Shown here: piece after piece, positions 38,457 through 51,302 of the stretch
Layout of the letters: each line of letters opens with the position of its first letter
Position numbering within the stretch: position 1 is the first letter of the stretch
Source of the DNA: an uncultured Chloroflexia bacterium
GTDB lineage: Bacteria; Chloroflexota; Limnocylindria; Limnocylindrales; CSP1-4
Length of the DNA: 64,000 nt
Assembly (NCBI GenBank): GCA_963696045.1
Contig: CAVOIR010000012.1
Span: 7,877-71,876 of the forward strand
Direction: 5' to 3'
Translations under genes and position numbers: made by a program
The notes under the pieces: generated by a model
The model's database searches: none
What the model was told of the DNA's origin: nothing
What the model saw: the letters and a program-made list of their open reading frames with translations, nothing else

Positions 38457-40064
38457 GCGACTGGCCCTCGGGGCTCGCGCCGTCGGGGCCCACGGGCAAC
38501 CAGACGCGCATGCCCAGGCCCGGACGTTCGCGCCCAGGCGAAGTACGGGATGGCCTCGACCTTGACCGACGCTGCGGGCATCGACCCGCTGGCCGCCACG
38601 TCCGGTCCCGGCAGGCTCCGGTACGGCCAGTCGGTCTCCGCGGGATCCTCTCGGAGACGGGCGCCGAAGGCGAGGCGGATACCCTCGTCGACGCCCGGGA
38701 CGATTCCCGGGATGGCGCGCACGTCCAGCATCGCGTCGACCTCGAGGCCTTCGACCGAGGAGCCGTCGGGCAGGTCGGCATCCTCGAGGGCATAGACGAG
38801 CGGTCCGCGCTCCAGGGCCACGCTGTGCCGCAGCGGCGTCGATGCGCGGATCGGGGAAGGTGACGCGCGGCTCCATGGGCAGACGGAGCGCGATGCGGTC
38901 TCCGGCCGACCAGGAGCGCTCCACCTCGAGGACGCTCGCGCAGCGGGCGGGTCTCGAGCGGACGTCCGCCCAGCGTCGCGGTCGCATCGCGGCACCAGTC
39001 GGGGATCCTGAGCGAGAGCCGCCAGGGTCGGGCCGGGCTCGCGGTCGATCTCGATGTCCACGTCGCCGTCCCAAGGGTAGGCCGTGGACGTTCGGAGCGC
39101 GACCCTGCCGCCGGCGAGGGGCACGGTAATCGATCCGGTCGCGAACTGATGGACCTGGACGCCCTCCGCGTCGGTCGTCGCGAGCAGGTCAGGCAAGGTG
39201 GCCAGGAAGCGCATCAGGTTGGGGGGGCAGCAGGAGACCTCGAACCAGGGGGCGCGCCGCGTGGATGCCGCTCCCTCGAGTACCTCGATCCCGTCCGAGC
39301 GTCGCTGCAGGGGGTTGGAGTAGAAGAAGTGGCAACCGTCGGACCCGAGGCCCGAGAGGATCGCGTTGAACGCGGTGCGTTCGATGAGGTCGGCGAAGCG
39401 CTCCTCCCCCGTGGCCAGCAGCAGGCGCCAGGCGAGCATGACGCTGCCGATCGCGGCGCACGTCTGCGCCATAGGCTCGGTCGGGCGGCAGCTCGAAGGC
39501 GGCACCGAAGGCTTCGTCCCGGTGGCGGGAGCCGAGGGCCCCGGTCAGGTGGGTGCGGCCGGCGTGCATGGCCTCCCAGCGCCGGATGACCGCAGCGAGG
39601 AGCTCGCGGTCGCCCGTCTCGATCGCTACGTCCGCCACGCCGCAATCGAGATACATCTGCCGGACGGCATGGCCTGACTGGCTCCGGCGCTGTGCGGACG
39701 GGCTCGTGATCCTGCCAGTAGCGGTTCGCCGAAGCGGACCCTGGCCAGCAGGCCGTGGCCGCGTCGCTCCACGAGGAGGCTCGCCAGCTCGAGGTATCGC
39801 GATCGATCCGTCATCGCGGTAGATCTCCACGAGCGCCATCTCGAGCCCCGGGGTGCCCGTCAGACCAGCTCGCGCCGTCCCGGGCCCAGCTCCTCCCAGA
39901 TGCGGTCGACGTACCGCTCGACGACGCCGCAGGAGCCGATCGTCGCCGAGGCCACGCTGCCAGGCGATGGCGGCCTGGCCGAGGTGGCCGGCCAGATAGA
40001 GCTCGTGGCCCCATTCGAGGTCCGTGAACTCCAGGCCCGGTCGTGCGACCTGGTAGAAGGTGTC
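38446..40064 (-). pseudogene. GH127 beta-L-arabinofuranosidase-like gene, 5'-truncated
   Basis: HELY, GHAVR, TCAAIG, FYSNPL, CCPPN, RGPLVY; coding begins abruptly at TFYQVARP with no N-terminal part. Confidence 0.75.
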
Positions 40065-40065
40065 A

Positions 40066-40131
40066 CTGACTCGGAACGTCAGGGACTTCGAGCGCTATCG
40101 GGGACTGCGCATCGTGGATCCGTGGCGTTGA
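40066..40131 (+). pseudogene. C-terminal remnant of a PIN-domain (VapC-like) toxin gene
   Basis: Translates LTRNVRDFERYRGLRIVDPWR*, matching the PIN C-terminal T.N..DF...gl...P pattern. Confidence 0.6.
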
Positions 40132-40250
40132 CCGGGTGACCGGGCAGCGATCGCTGCAGATCAGGCTCCGCGTCCGGTGATCCTGGAAACCCGTCGTCGA
40201 GCGGGCCGATGAGCCTCGCTGATGCGCTGCCATGGCGGGTGAGGTGGCTG

Positions 40251-40326
40251 TGGCGCGCCCGGCGAGACTCGAACTCACGACCTTCAGGTCCGCAACCTGA
40301 CGCTCTATCCACTGAGCTACGGGCGC
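40251..40326 (-). tRNA. tRNA-Arg (anticodon GCG)
   Basis: GCGCCCGTAGCTCAGTGGATAGAGCG TCAGG-TTGCGGA-CCTGA AGGTCGTGAGTTCGAGTCTCGCCGGGCGCGCCA; 76 nt with encoded CCA. Confidence 0.95.
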
Positions 40327-40426
40327 GCGCCGGCAGAGTCTACCGCGCCGTCGGGATGGAGGACCGCTCGACGGCGCGGCAAGGGTGGCGAGATGCGCCC
40401 GAGCGTGAGACCGACGTCGCGCGCGG

Positions 40427-41185
40427 CTACGAAGTCGCGCGGCTGAAGGCCCGCGACGCAGTCCACACCGCCACGACCGCGATGACGATCGTGACCGTCG
40501 AGCCCACGACGATGGCCGGGTCGTCCCACATCCCGTTGAAGGCCGCTCGCACGGCGTCGACCGCATAGCTCACCGGGTTGAGGTCCGCGAGCGTCTGGAT
40601 CCAGTCCGGCGCGAGCTGGAGGGGCAGGAAGATGCCCGACAGCAGGAGCAGCGGGAGGGCGACGAGTTGGACGACGGGCGCGAAGGCGTCCTCGCTCTTG
40701 AGCACCAGCGCGACCGAGTAGGACAGCGGTGCCATCGCCAGCCCGACGAGGCCGATGAGGACCAGGCTCACCGCCAGGCCAGCCGGGTCGATGGTGATGC
40801 CGAACGGGATGGCGATGACGATCATGATCACGGCCTGCATGAGCAGCAGGGTCGCGTCGCGGAGCGAACGCCCGAGGAGCATCGCGGTGCGACTCATGGG
40901 AGTGACACGCATGCGCTCGATGACGCCGTTTCGCACCTCGGCGATGAGCCCGAAGCCGACGAAGGCGGCGCCGAAGACGGCGACCATGACGAGCATGCCG
41001 GGGACGAACCAGTCGAACGCGTTGACGCCCGTCCCAGCCTGGGTCACGGCCCCCTCCAGCAACGGGCCGAACAGCACGAGGTACAGGATGGGCTGAAAGA
41101 TGCCCATGAGCAGCCAGACGGGCTGGCGAAGGGTCAGGATCAACGATCGGCGGAAGATCAGCCAGGTCTCAAGAAGGGTCTGCAT
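40427..41185 (-). CDS. ABC-2 type exporter permease (DrrB-like)
   Basis: Intact ORF; FQPILYLVLFGPLL, GVIERMRVTP, LNPVSYAVDAVR. Confidence 0.9.
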   Translation of the reverse strand: MQTLLETWLIFRRSLILTLRQPVWLLMGIFQPILYLVLFGPLLEGAVTQAGTGVNAFDWFVPGMLVMVAVFGAAFVGFGLIAEVRNGVIERMRVTPMSRTAMLLGRSLRDATLLLMQAVIMIVIAIPFGITIDPAGLAVSLVLIGLVGLAMAPLSYSVALVLKSEDAFAPVVQLVALPLLLLSGIFLPLQLAPDWIQTLADLNPVSYAVDAVRAAFNGMWDDPAIVVGSTVTIVIAVVAVWTASRAFSRATS

Positions 41186-41238
41186 CGGACGGTTCCTCCG
41201 TGGCTCTCGAACGAGGGTGGGATGGGTGGGATCGCGGC

Positions 41239-42219
<981 letters not shown>

Positions 42220-42278
42220 CGATCGTCCTCCTGCCAGCTATGCTGGGATGGCACTTGCGCGGTGCAACCGCATCGTGC

Positions 42279-42301
42279 AATATCTGAACGGTGCAGATAT
42301 T
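42279..42301. promoter_or_regulatory. Palindromic operator, probably for the adjacent MarR
   Basis: AATATCTG-N7-CAGATATT between the divergent drrA and marR genes. Confidence 0.6.
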
Positions 42302-42326
42302 CGCTCGCTCAGGGGTAGACTGTCAA

Positions 42327-43415
42327 GTGGGACGTGATTCAGCGGTGGATGCCATCGTCCGTGCGCTTCGCGGCATCGACTTCCACGGCGAGGTCCTGGG
42401 CCAGACGATCGCCATCCGCCTCGGCCTGTCCGAGTCGGACATCAAGGCCCTGGAGCTCCTGGTCGACACCCATCCCGTGACCGCGGGCCGCCTGGCGGAG
42501 CTGCTGAACCTGTCGACCGGCGCGGTCACGCGCGTGCTCGACCGCCTCGAGCAAGCCGGCTACGTGCGCCGCACGCCTGACCCGGCGGATCGCAGGAGGG
42601 TCGTCGTGGAGGTCGTGCCCGATCGGCTGACCGCGGTGCGCAAGGCCCTGGAGCCGCTCGGCGAGGCCCACGTGGCCGTCGTCGCTGCCTACAGTGACGA
42701 TGAGCTGGATCTCATCAACGACTTCCTCTCGAAGATGGCCGAGGCGCAGCGGACACGTGCGGAGGGCGCCCGTGGGACGTCCGCCGGGGTCGCCGACGAA
42801 GGGGTCCACAGTGCGCCCCTCGGCGGGATCGGCCAGGCGCGACTGCTGCTGCGCTCGGGCGGGTGGAACCTGTCGATCACGGGGTCCGCGCCACGTACGG
42901 AGCTCTTCCGGGCTCGCTTCGTGGGCAGCGTGCCGCGAGTCCGCGTGCGCGACGGCACGGTCATCGTCGCCTATCGCAGCGGCATGCGGGAGATCTTCGA
43001 CTGGCGCAAGCGGGGCGCCACCATCGCGCTGAACCCGACCATCCCCTGGACGGTCGAGGTCCACGGCGGGATGTCCAAGGCCGGCGCCGACCTGTCGGCG
43101 ATCGAGCTGCGTGCGTTCGAGCTCAACGGAGGGGCCGACCGGATCCGGCTCGGGCTCGGCGCGCCTTCGGGCATCGTCCCCGTGCGCCTCTCCGGGGGCG
43201 CGAACGACCTGCGTGTCGAATGCCCCAGGGACGCGGCCGTGCGGCTGCGCCTCAAGGGCGGTGCGAATCGCGTCGAGCTCGATGAGCAGCGCCTGTTGGG
43301 ATCAGCATCCGACGTCACGCTCGAGTCGGCGGGTGCGAGCCACGCGGAGGCGCGCTTCGACATCGAGGTGAGTGGGGGAACGAACAAGGTGACGGTCTCG
43401 CGCCGGCCGACCTGA
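42327..43415 (+). CDS. MarR-family regulator fused to a C-terminal beta-repeat domain
   Basis: TAGRLAELLNLSTGAVTRVLDRLEQAGYVRR...DRRRV; C-terminal GGA-containing repeats; start approximate. Confidence 0.85.
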   Translation: MGRDSAVDAIVRALRGIDFHGEVLGQTIAIRLGLSESDIKALELLVDTHPVTAGRLAELLNLSTGAVTRVLDRLEQAGYVRRTPDPADRRRVVVEVVPDRLTAVRKALEPLGEAHVAVVAAYSDDELDLINDFLSKMAEAQRTRAEGARGTSAGVADEGVHSAPLGGIGQARLLLRSGGWNLSITGSAPRTELFRARFVGSVPRVRVRDGTVIVAYRSGMREIFDWRKRGATIALNPTIPWTVEVHGGMSKAGADLSAIELRAFELNGGADRIRLGLGAPSGIVPVRLSGGANDLRVECPRDAAVRLRLKGGANRVELDEQRLLGSASDVTLESAGASHAEARFDIEVSGGTNKVTVSRRPT

Positions 43416-43426
43416 CCGCGGCGGGG

Positions 43427-43519
<93 letters not shown>

Positions 43520-43561
43520 ACGCGGCCGGCCGATGGTAGCACGCACCCTCGCGGGGCCGAG

Positions 43562-43567
43562 TAGAAT
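43562..43567 (+). promoter_or_regulatory. Putative -10 box of the aroE-like operon
   Basis: TAGAAT immediately upstream of the structured leader. Confidence 0.5.
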
Positions 43568-43574
43568 TGGAGCG

Positions 43575-43700
43575 CCCGCCTCGGGAGGAGCGGTGGCAGG
43601 CGATCCGGCCTCGCCGGTCCGAGGGTTACGGTGGCTGCGGGGGGTCCTCCCCAGCTCGTTCACACCGCGGGTTCGCAGCGCCCGTGGCGCCTGGAGGTGT
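43575..43700 (+). ncRNA. Candidate ykkC-family riboswitch variant
   Basis: Ordered landmarks AGGCGATCCG, CCGGTCCGAG, a P2 hairpin, ACACC and a P3 stem CCGCGGG/CCCGTGG, directly before the GGAGG RBS. Confidence 0.55.
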
Positions 43701-43707
43701 GTCGGCC

Positions 43708-44664
43708 ATGCCCACGCGCGTCGTCCTTCTCAGCCATCCCGTCTCCCATTCCCTGTCCGAGGCGCTCCAGCGAGCGGCCTTCGCCGCCGCCGACATCGAT
43801 GCCGTCTACGAGCCGGTCGACACGCCCACCGTGGATCTCCCAGACGCCGTCGCGGCCATCCGCGGCAACGACTACCTGGGAGCCAGCATCGGCGTCCCGC
43901 ACAAGGAGCGCGTCGTCCCCATGCTGGACCGTCTCACGGAGGAGGCCCAGCGCACGGGCGCCGTCGATACGGTCACCAAGGATGGCACCCAGCTGGTGGG
44001 CCATAACACCGAAGTCCTCGGCTTCCGGCCAGCCCTCGAGGCCCTCGTGGGCAACCAGAAGATGCCCAAGGCTGCGGTCGTCCTGGGGGCAGGTGGCGGG
44101 GCCAGGGCCGTGGTCCACTCGCTCATCGCGGCCGGCTTCCTCAGCGTCGTCGTCTTCAATCGGCATCTGCACCGGGCCGAGCGGCTGGTGAAGCACTTCA
44201 CGCGCAGTGCCGCTCACATGGACCTGCGGGCCAAGCCCTGGCACGAGTCGGTCATCGAGGCCGAGCTGGCCAAGGCCGACCTCCTCATCAACGCCAGCTC
44301 CGTGGGCCGCGATCCGGCCGAGTCGCCGCTCGCAGCAGAGCTGCTGCCGCCCGAGATCCTCGTCCTCGACCTGCACTGCGTACCCGCGGAGACGAAGCTC
44401 ATGAAGGACGCGCAGGCCGCCGGAGCCATCCGCGTGATGAACGGCGATCTCATGCTCATCGACCAGAGCGCGGCCGCATTCGAACTGTGGACCGGCGTGA
44501 AGGCCCCGATCGATGTCATCAGGCGACAGCTGGAGGTCTCCCGCAACGAGCCGGAGGTGCCTGTCGTGTCCACCGACGGCGTCGTCCCGCCTGCCGACAC
44601 CCTCACGCCCCTTGAGTCAGTCACACCACCTGCGCAACAGGATGCGGCGGTGGCGACGGAGTGA
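43708..44664 (+). CDS. Shikimate dehydrogenase (AroE) family protein with a non-canonical active site
   Basis: HPVSHSLS, VPHK, GAVDT, GHNTE, LGAGGGARA, NR, INASSVG, MLIDQ; GGAGG RBS at 43693. Confidence 0.88.
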   Translation: MPTRVVLLSHPVSHSLSEALQRAAFAAADIDAVYEPVDTPTVDLPDAVAAIRGNDYLGASIGVPHKERVVPMLDRLTEEAQRTGAVDTVTKDGTQLVGHNTEVLGFRPALEALVGNQKMPKAAVVLGAGGGARAVVHSLIAAGFLSVVVFNRHLHRAERLVKHFTRSAAHMDLRAKPWHESVIEAELAKADLLINASSVGRDPAESPLAAELLPPEILVLDLHCVPAETKLMKDAQAAGAIRVMNGDLMLIDQSAAAFELWTGVKAPIDVIRRQLEVSRNEPEVPVVSTDGVVPPADTLTPLESVTPPAQQDAAVATE

Positions 44665-45677
44665 CCGCGGGGACGTCCATCGGGCTCGCGCTCGAGCGTC
44701 GCTTCGCGGTTCGGGCTGTCGCGGAGGCCGCGCATGTCGCACGAGCCGTCCGGGCCGAACTCGACCCTCGGGAATCCGCCAGGAAGGCAGACCGCTCGCC
44801 GGTCACGGTGGCGGACCTCGCCTCGCAGGCGCTCGTGCGACTGGCCCTGGCCGAGACGCTGCCCGCGGACGGGCTGATGGGCGAGGAGGACTCCGGGCCC
44901 CTGGCGGATGACCCTGCACTGGCCGATGCGGTCCTGGCGCGGGTGCAGGCCCGACGGCCCGGAATCACCCTGGCCGATGTCATGGGTGCGCTCGATCGGT
45001 GCGACGACCCGGGCGGCCCCGTCCGACGTTGGTGGGCGCTCGACCCGATCGACGGCACGAAGGGCTTCCTTCGAGATGAGCAGTACGCGGTCGCGCTCGC
45101 GCTCATCGAGGACGGTTCGGTCGTGCTGGCGGCCATGGCCTGCCCCAACCTGCCGCTCCACGGGGTGCCTGCTGGGCCCGGTGGTGGCGAGGGCAGCCTG
45201 TATGTCGCGGAGCGTGGCGCGGGTGCACGGATGCTGCCACTTACGGGGGGCGAGTCCGAGACCGCGGGGAGCCCCATCGCCGCGGCGACCCCGTCGTCGA
45301 CCGCCGAGGCTCGCTACGCCGAGTCGGTGGAGGCGGGCCATTCCGATCAGTCCGGGTCCGCGCGCGTCGCGCAGGTCCTCGGGATCACGACCGAGCCGCT
45401 GCGCCTCGACAGCCAGGCGAAGTACGCGGTCGTGGCGCGCGGTGACGCCTCGATCTACCTTCGACTACCGCACGGCGGCTACCGCGAGAACGTCTGGGAT
45501 CATGCGGCCGGGTGGCTGATCGTCAGCGAGGCCGGCGGCCGGGTCTCGGACGTGGACGGCCGGCCCCTCGACTTCACGACCGGACGGCGCATGACCGCCA
45601 ACCGCGGCATCGTCGCCACCGCGGCACCCATCCACGAGGCCGTCCTCGCGGCGGTCCGCTCGGTCCTGCCGGCCTAG
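44661..45677 (+). CDS. 3'(2'),5'-bisphosphate nucleotidase, HAL2/SAL1-type (inositol monophosphatase superfamily)
   Basis: KADRSPVTVAD, GEED, LDPIDGTKGFLR, RLDSQAKY, ENVWDHAAG; GTGA overlap with the upstream gene. Confidence 0.9.
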   Translation: MTAGTSIGLALERRFAVRAVAEAAHVARAVRAELDPRESARKADRSPVTVADLASQALVRLALAETLPADGLMGEEDSGPLADDPALADAVLARVQARRPGITLADVMGALDRCDDPGGPVRRWWALDPIDGTKGFLRDEQYAVALALIEDGSVVLAAMACPNLPLHGVPAGPGGGEGSLYVAERGAGARMLPLTGGESETAGSPIAAATPSSTAEARYAESVEAGHSDQSGSARVAQVLGITTEPLRLDSQAKYAVVARGDASIYLRLPHGGYRENVWDHAAGWLIVSEAGGRVSDVDGRPLDFTTGRRMTANRGIVATAAPIHEAVLAAVRSVLPA

Positions 45678-45679
45678 GG

Positions 45680-46499
45680 CCTTCCCCGCGAGGTCGCGCC
45701 GCGCGAGCGAGCGGACGAGAGCCGCCATGTGGTCGATGTCCCGCCCCTCGGGACCAAGGGCGTCGACGAGCGCGCTGGCGACGATGATGCCGTCGGCGGC
45801 CTGCGCAAGCTGGCGCGCGTGCGCTGGCGTCGACACCCCGAAGCCGACCGCCACGGGGACCGGACTCACATCGCGGACCTCCCGAAGGAAGCGACCCACC
45901 CCCGGCGGCAAGCGCTTGCGCGCTCCGGTCACGCCGGCGAGCGAGACGGCATAGAGGAAGCCCTGCGAGCGGGCGGCCACGAACGCTCGCCGCGCGATCG
46001 GTGTCGTCGGCGCGACGAGGTAGACGATGGCCAGGCCCGCGTCATCGGCCTCCGCCTCGAGCGCGGCGCCCTCGTCCGGGGTCAGATCGGCCAGGATGAA
46101 GCCCGACACGCCGGCCTCGCCGAGCCGCCGCAGGACCGTGGCGCCATCGCGGCCACCGAGCACCTGGTTGACATAGCCCATGGCCACGAGCGGTGTGCCC
46201 GGGCGCGCGGCGTGGATGCGGCCGACCAGCTCGATCGAGTCGTCGAGCCGCGCGCCGTTCCGCAACGCGATCGCGCTGGCTCGCTGGAGCGTGGCGCCAT
46301 CGGCGAGGGGGTCGGAGTAGGGCAGGCCGATCTCGAGGAGGTCCGCCCCGGCATCGATGAGCGCGACCGCGATCTCCAGCGAACCGGCAGCATCGGGGTA
46401 GCCGGCCACGGCATAGGGGATGAGCGCGGCCCGTCCATCGGCCGCAGCCTTCTCGAAGGCAGCCGTCGATCCGCCCGGTCCCGGCGGGCATCCGCCGAC

Positions 46500-46503
<4 letters not shown>
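45680..46503 (-). CDS. trpA: Tryptophan synthase alpha chain; 3' end approximate
   Basis: [45 protein letters not shown]. Confidence 0.92.
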
Positions 46504-49329
<2,826 letters not shown>

Positions 49330-49330
<1 letters not shown>

Positions 49331-50386
49331 CAGCGCGCGCCCTCGCCGGCTGCCGTGGCCTCGCGAGCGCTGGCACGCAGCCGCTCGAGCTGCTCGCCCG
49401 CGGTCCCGGAGGCGATGGTGTCGACGGCCAGCTCGACGCCGGACCGCAGGTCCGGTGCGTGGCCCGCGACGACGAGCGAGGCCCCGGCGTTGAGGGCCAC
49501 GACGTCGTGGCCCGGACCCTGGTCGCGGTCCTGCAGGATGGCCACGATGAGGCCGGCATTGGCGGTCTCGTCGCCGCCGACGAAGGCATGGGTGTCAGCC
49601 TCCGGGAGCCCGTGATCAGCCCTCGTCGACCTTCCGCCGCTCGATGCCCGAGGGCGAGACGTCGAAGATGACGCCGCTGCCGTCGAGCGGGAGCTCGTCG
49701 AGCCGCTCCCCTCGGACCACGAAGGCGCGCTCGGAGCCAAGCTCGCGCAGGGCGGCGGCCACGCGGTTCGCGGCCACCTCATCAGGAACGCCGACGAGCT
49801 GGCGGCGCGGCCGGGCCGGGTTCGCGAGCGGGCCGATGAGGTTGAAGGCCGTGCGGACACCGAGCTCGCGCCGGACCGGGCCGGCGTGCTTCATGCCCGG
49901 GTGGAAGGCGGGTGCGTGGAGGTAGGCGAAACCGTCTTTGCGCAAAGACGCCTCAGCCTCTGCCGGTGACTGCTCGACGCGGAGACCCAGCGCAGCCATG
50001 ACGTCAGAGCTGCCGGCCTGCGACGAGACGGCGCGATTGCCGGCCTTCGCCACGGGCACGCCGGCGGCCGACACCACGATGGCCACGGCGGTGGAGATGT
50101 TGAACGTGCCGCGCACGTCGCCGCCGGTCCCACAGGTGTCGATGGTGCCCTCCGGGGCGGTCACGGCGAGCGCCCGCGAGCGCATGGCCCGTACGAAGCC
50201 CGCCAGCTCGCCGGCTGTCTCGCCCCGCGCATGGAGGCCGACGAGCATCCCGCCCAATTGCGCCGGGGAGACCTCGCCGTCGAGGACCGCCTCCATGAAG
50301 CGCTCGGCATCCTCAGCCGAGAGCGCCTCCCCCGTCGATACCGACCGAAGCGCGCTCCGGATGGCATCGGCAGTCGTATCGGTCAT
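49330..50386 (-). CDS. trpD: Anthranilate phosphoribosyltransferase
   Basis: DTCGTGGD, FNIST, KAGNRAVSS, GSSDV, RTAFNLIGPLANP. Confidence 0.92.
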
Positions 50387-50528
50387 GACGAGCTGGGCCT
50401 CCACTCAGGTGCCGGACGGTCCGAGCATGCTACCCGGTCCGGGTGATCGGGCGTGACGGGCTGCTATCGTGCCGGCGTGAGCCTCAGGGTCCCCGTGCAG
50501 CCCGTCGCCTTCCCCGCGTCCGCGCCCG

Positions 50529-51272
50529 ATGACGCGCCGGTCGCGCTGGGTGACTCGTCGATCGCCGCCAGGTGACTCGCCCACCGCGGCCGACGTCCGT
50601 GTCGCGTTCGCGGACATCTGGGGCGACATGGGCCCGGCCTGGAACGTCACGCCCTCGGTCGCCCGGGTCCACGGCTACCTGCTCATCTCGGGAGACCTCC
50701 TGACCGAGCGTGAGGTCCGAGAGGCGCTGGGTCTCTCCCATCGCGCGGCATCCCTGGCGCTCGCCGAGCTCGAGGAGTGGCGCCTCGTCGAGCGTGTCGA
50801 GGATGTACGTCGCGAGGCGCGCCCGGGCCCGCCGGCGGTGGCCTGGCGCGTGGTGGGCGATCGGTGGCGCTGGTTCCAGCGCGTCGCCGACGAGCGGCGT
50901 GCCCGTGAGGCCGATCCCCTCCAGCCGAGGCTGGCGGTCTGCATCGAGCTCGCCGAGCAGGTCGTGGCCGCCTCGCCGCAGGACGCCGAAGCCCGCCGGT
51001 TGCGCGATTGGCTGGGTGAGATCGCCGGGTTCGTGACGCTCTTCGACCGCGCGCTGCGAGCGTTGGCGCGCGCCGAGACCGATGAGATCGCCCGGGGCTT
51101 CACCGTCCTCGCGCACGTCTCCGATGAGACCCTCGACCGCCTGCTCCGCCTCCTCGCGTCGCTGCCCGAGGCGGAGCTGGCGGAGACACTCGAGGCCATC
51201 GCGCGGACGTCGCCGACCACGGCCCGCCGGGTCATGCGCGCCGCCAACCGGATCGCTCGCCTGAGCGGCTGA
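50529..51272 (+). CDS. GbsR/MarR-like winged-helix regulator
   Basis: WGDMGPAWNVTPSVARVHGYLL...LGLSHRAASLALAELEEWRLV. Confidence 0.7.
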   Translation: MTRRSRWVTRRSPPGDSPTAADVRVAFADIWGDMGPAWNVTPSVARVHGYLLISGDLLTEREVREALGLSHRAASLALAELEEWRLVERVEDVRREARPGPPAVAWRVVGDRWRWFQRVADERRAREADPLQPRLAVCIELAEQVVAASPQDAEARRLRDWLGEIAGFVTLFDRALRALARAETDEIARGFTVLAHVSDETLDRLLRLLASLPEAELAETLEAIARTSPTTARRVMRAANRIARLSG

Positions 51273-51302
51273 CGCCGGCGGCTGGCAGGGCCGCTGCGGC
51301 GC

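Noticed and set aside
23600-40250. Intact genomic island bounded by a duplicated tRNA-Arg 3' end
   Set aside because: I found no second copy of the tRNA 3' sequence and no integrase by eye; only the deletion scar is supported.
43567-43707. 47-aa N-terminal extension of the AroE-like ORF from TTG at 43567
   Set aside because: The family fold begins at MPTRVVLL (43708), which has a GGAGG RBS. The upstream part is better explained as an RNA leader.
50387-50530. Trp attenuator, leader peptide or T-box upstream of trpD
   Set aside because: No tandem Trp codons, T-box motif or U-tailed terminator is visible.
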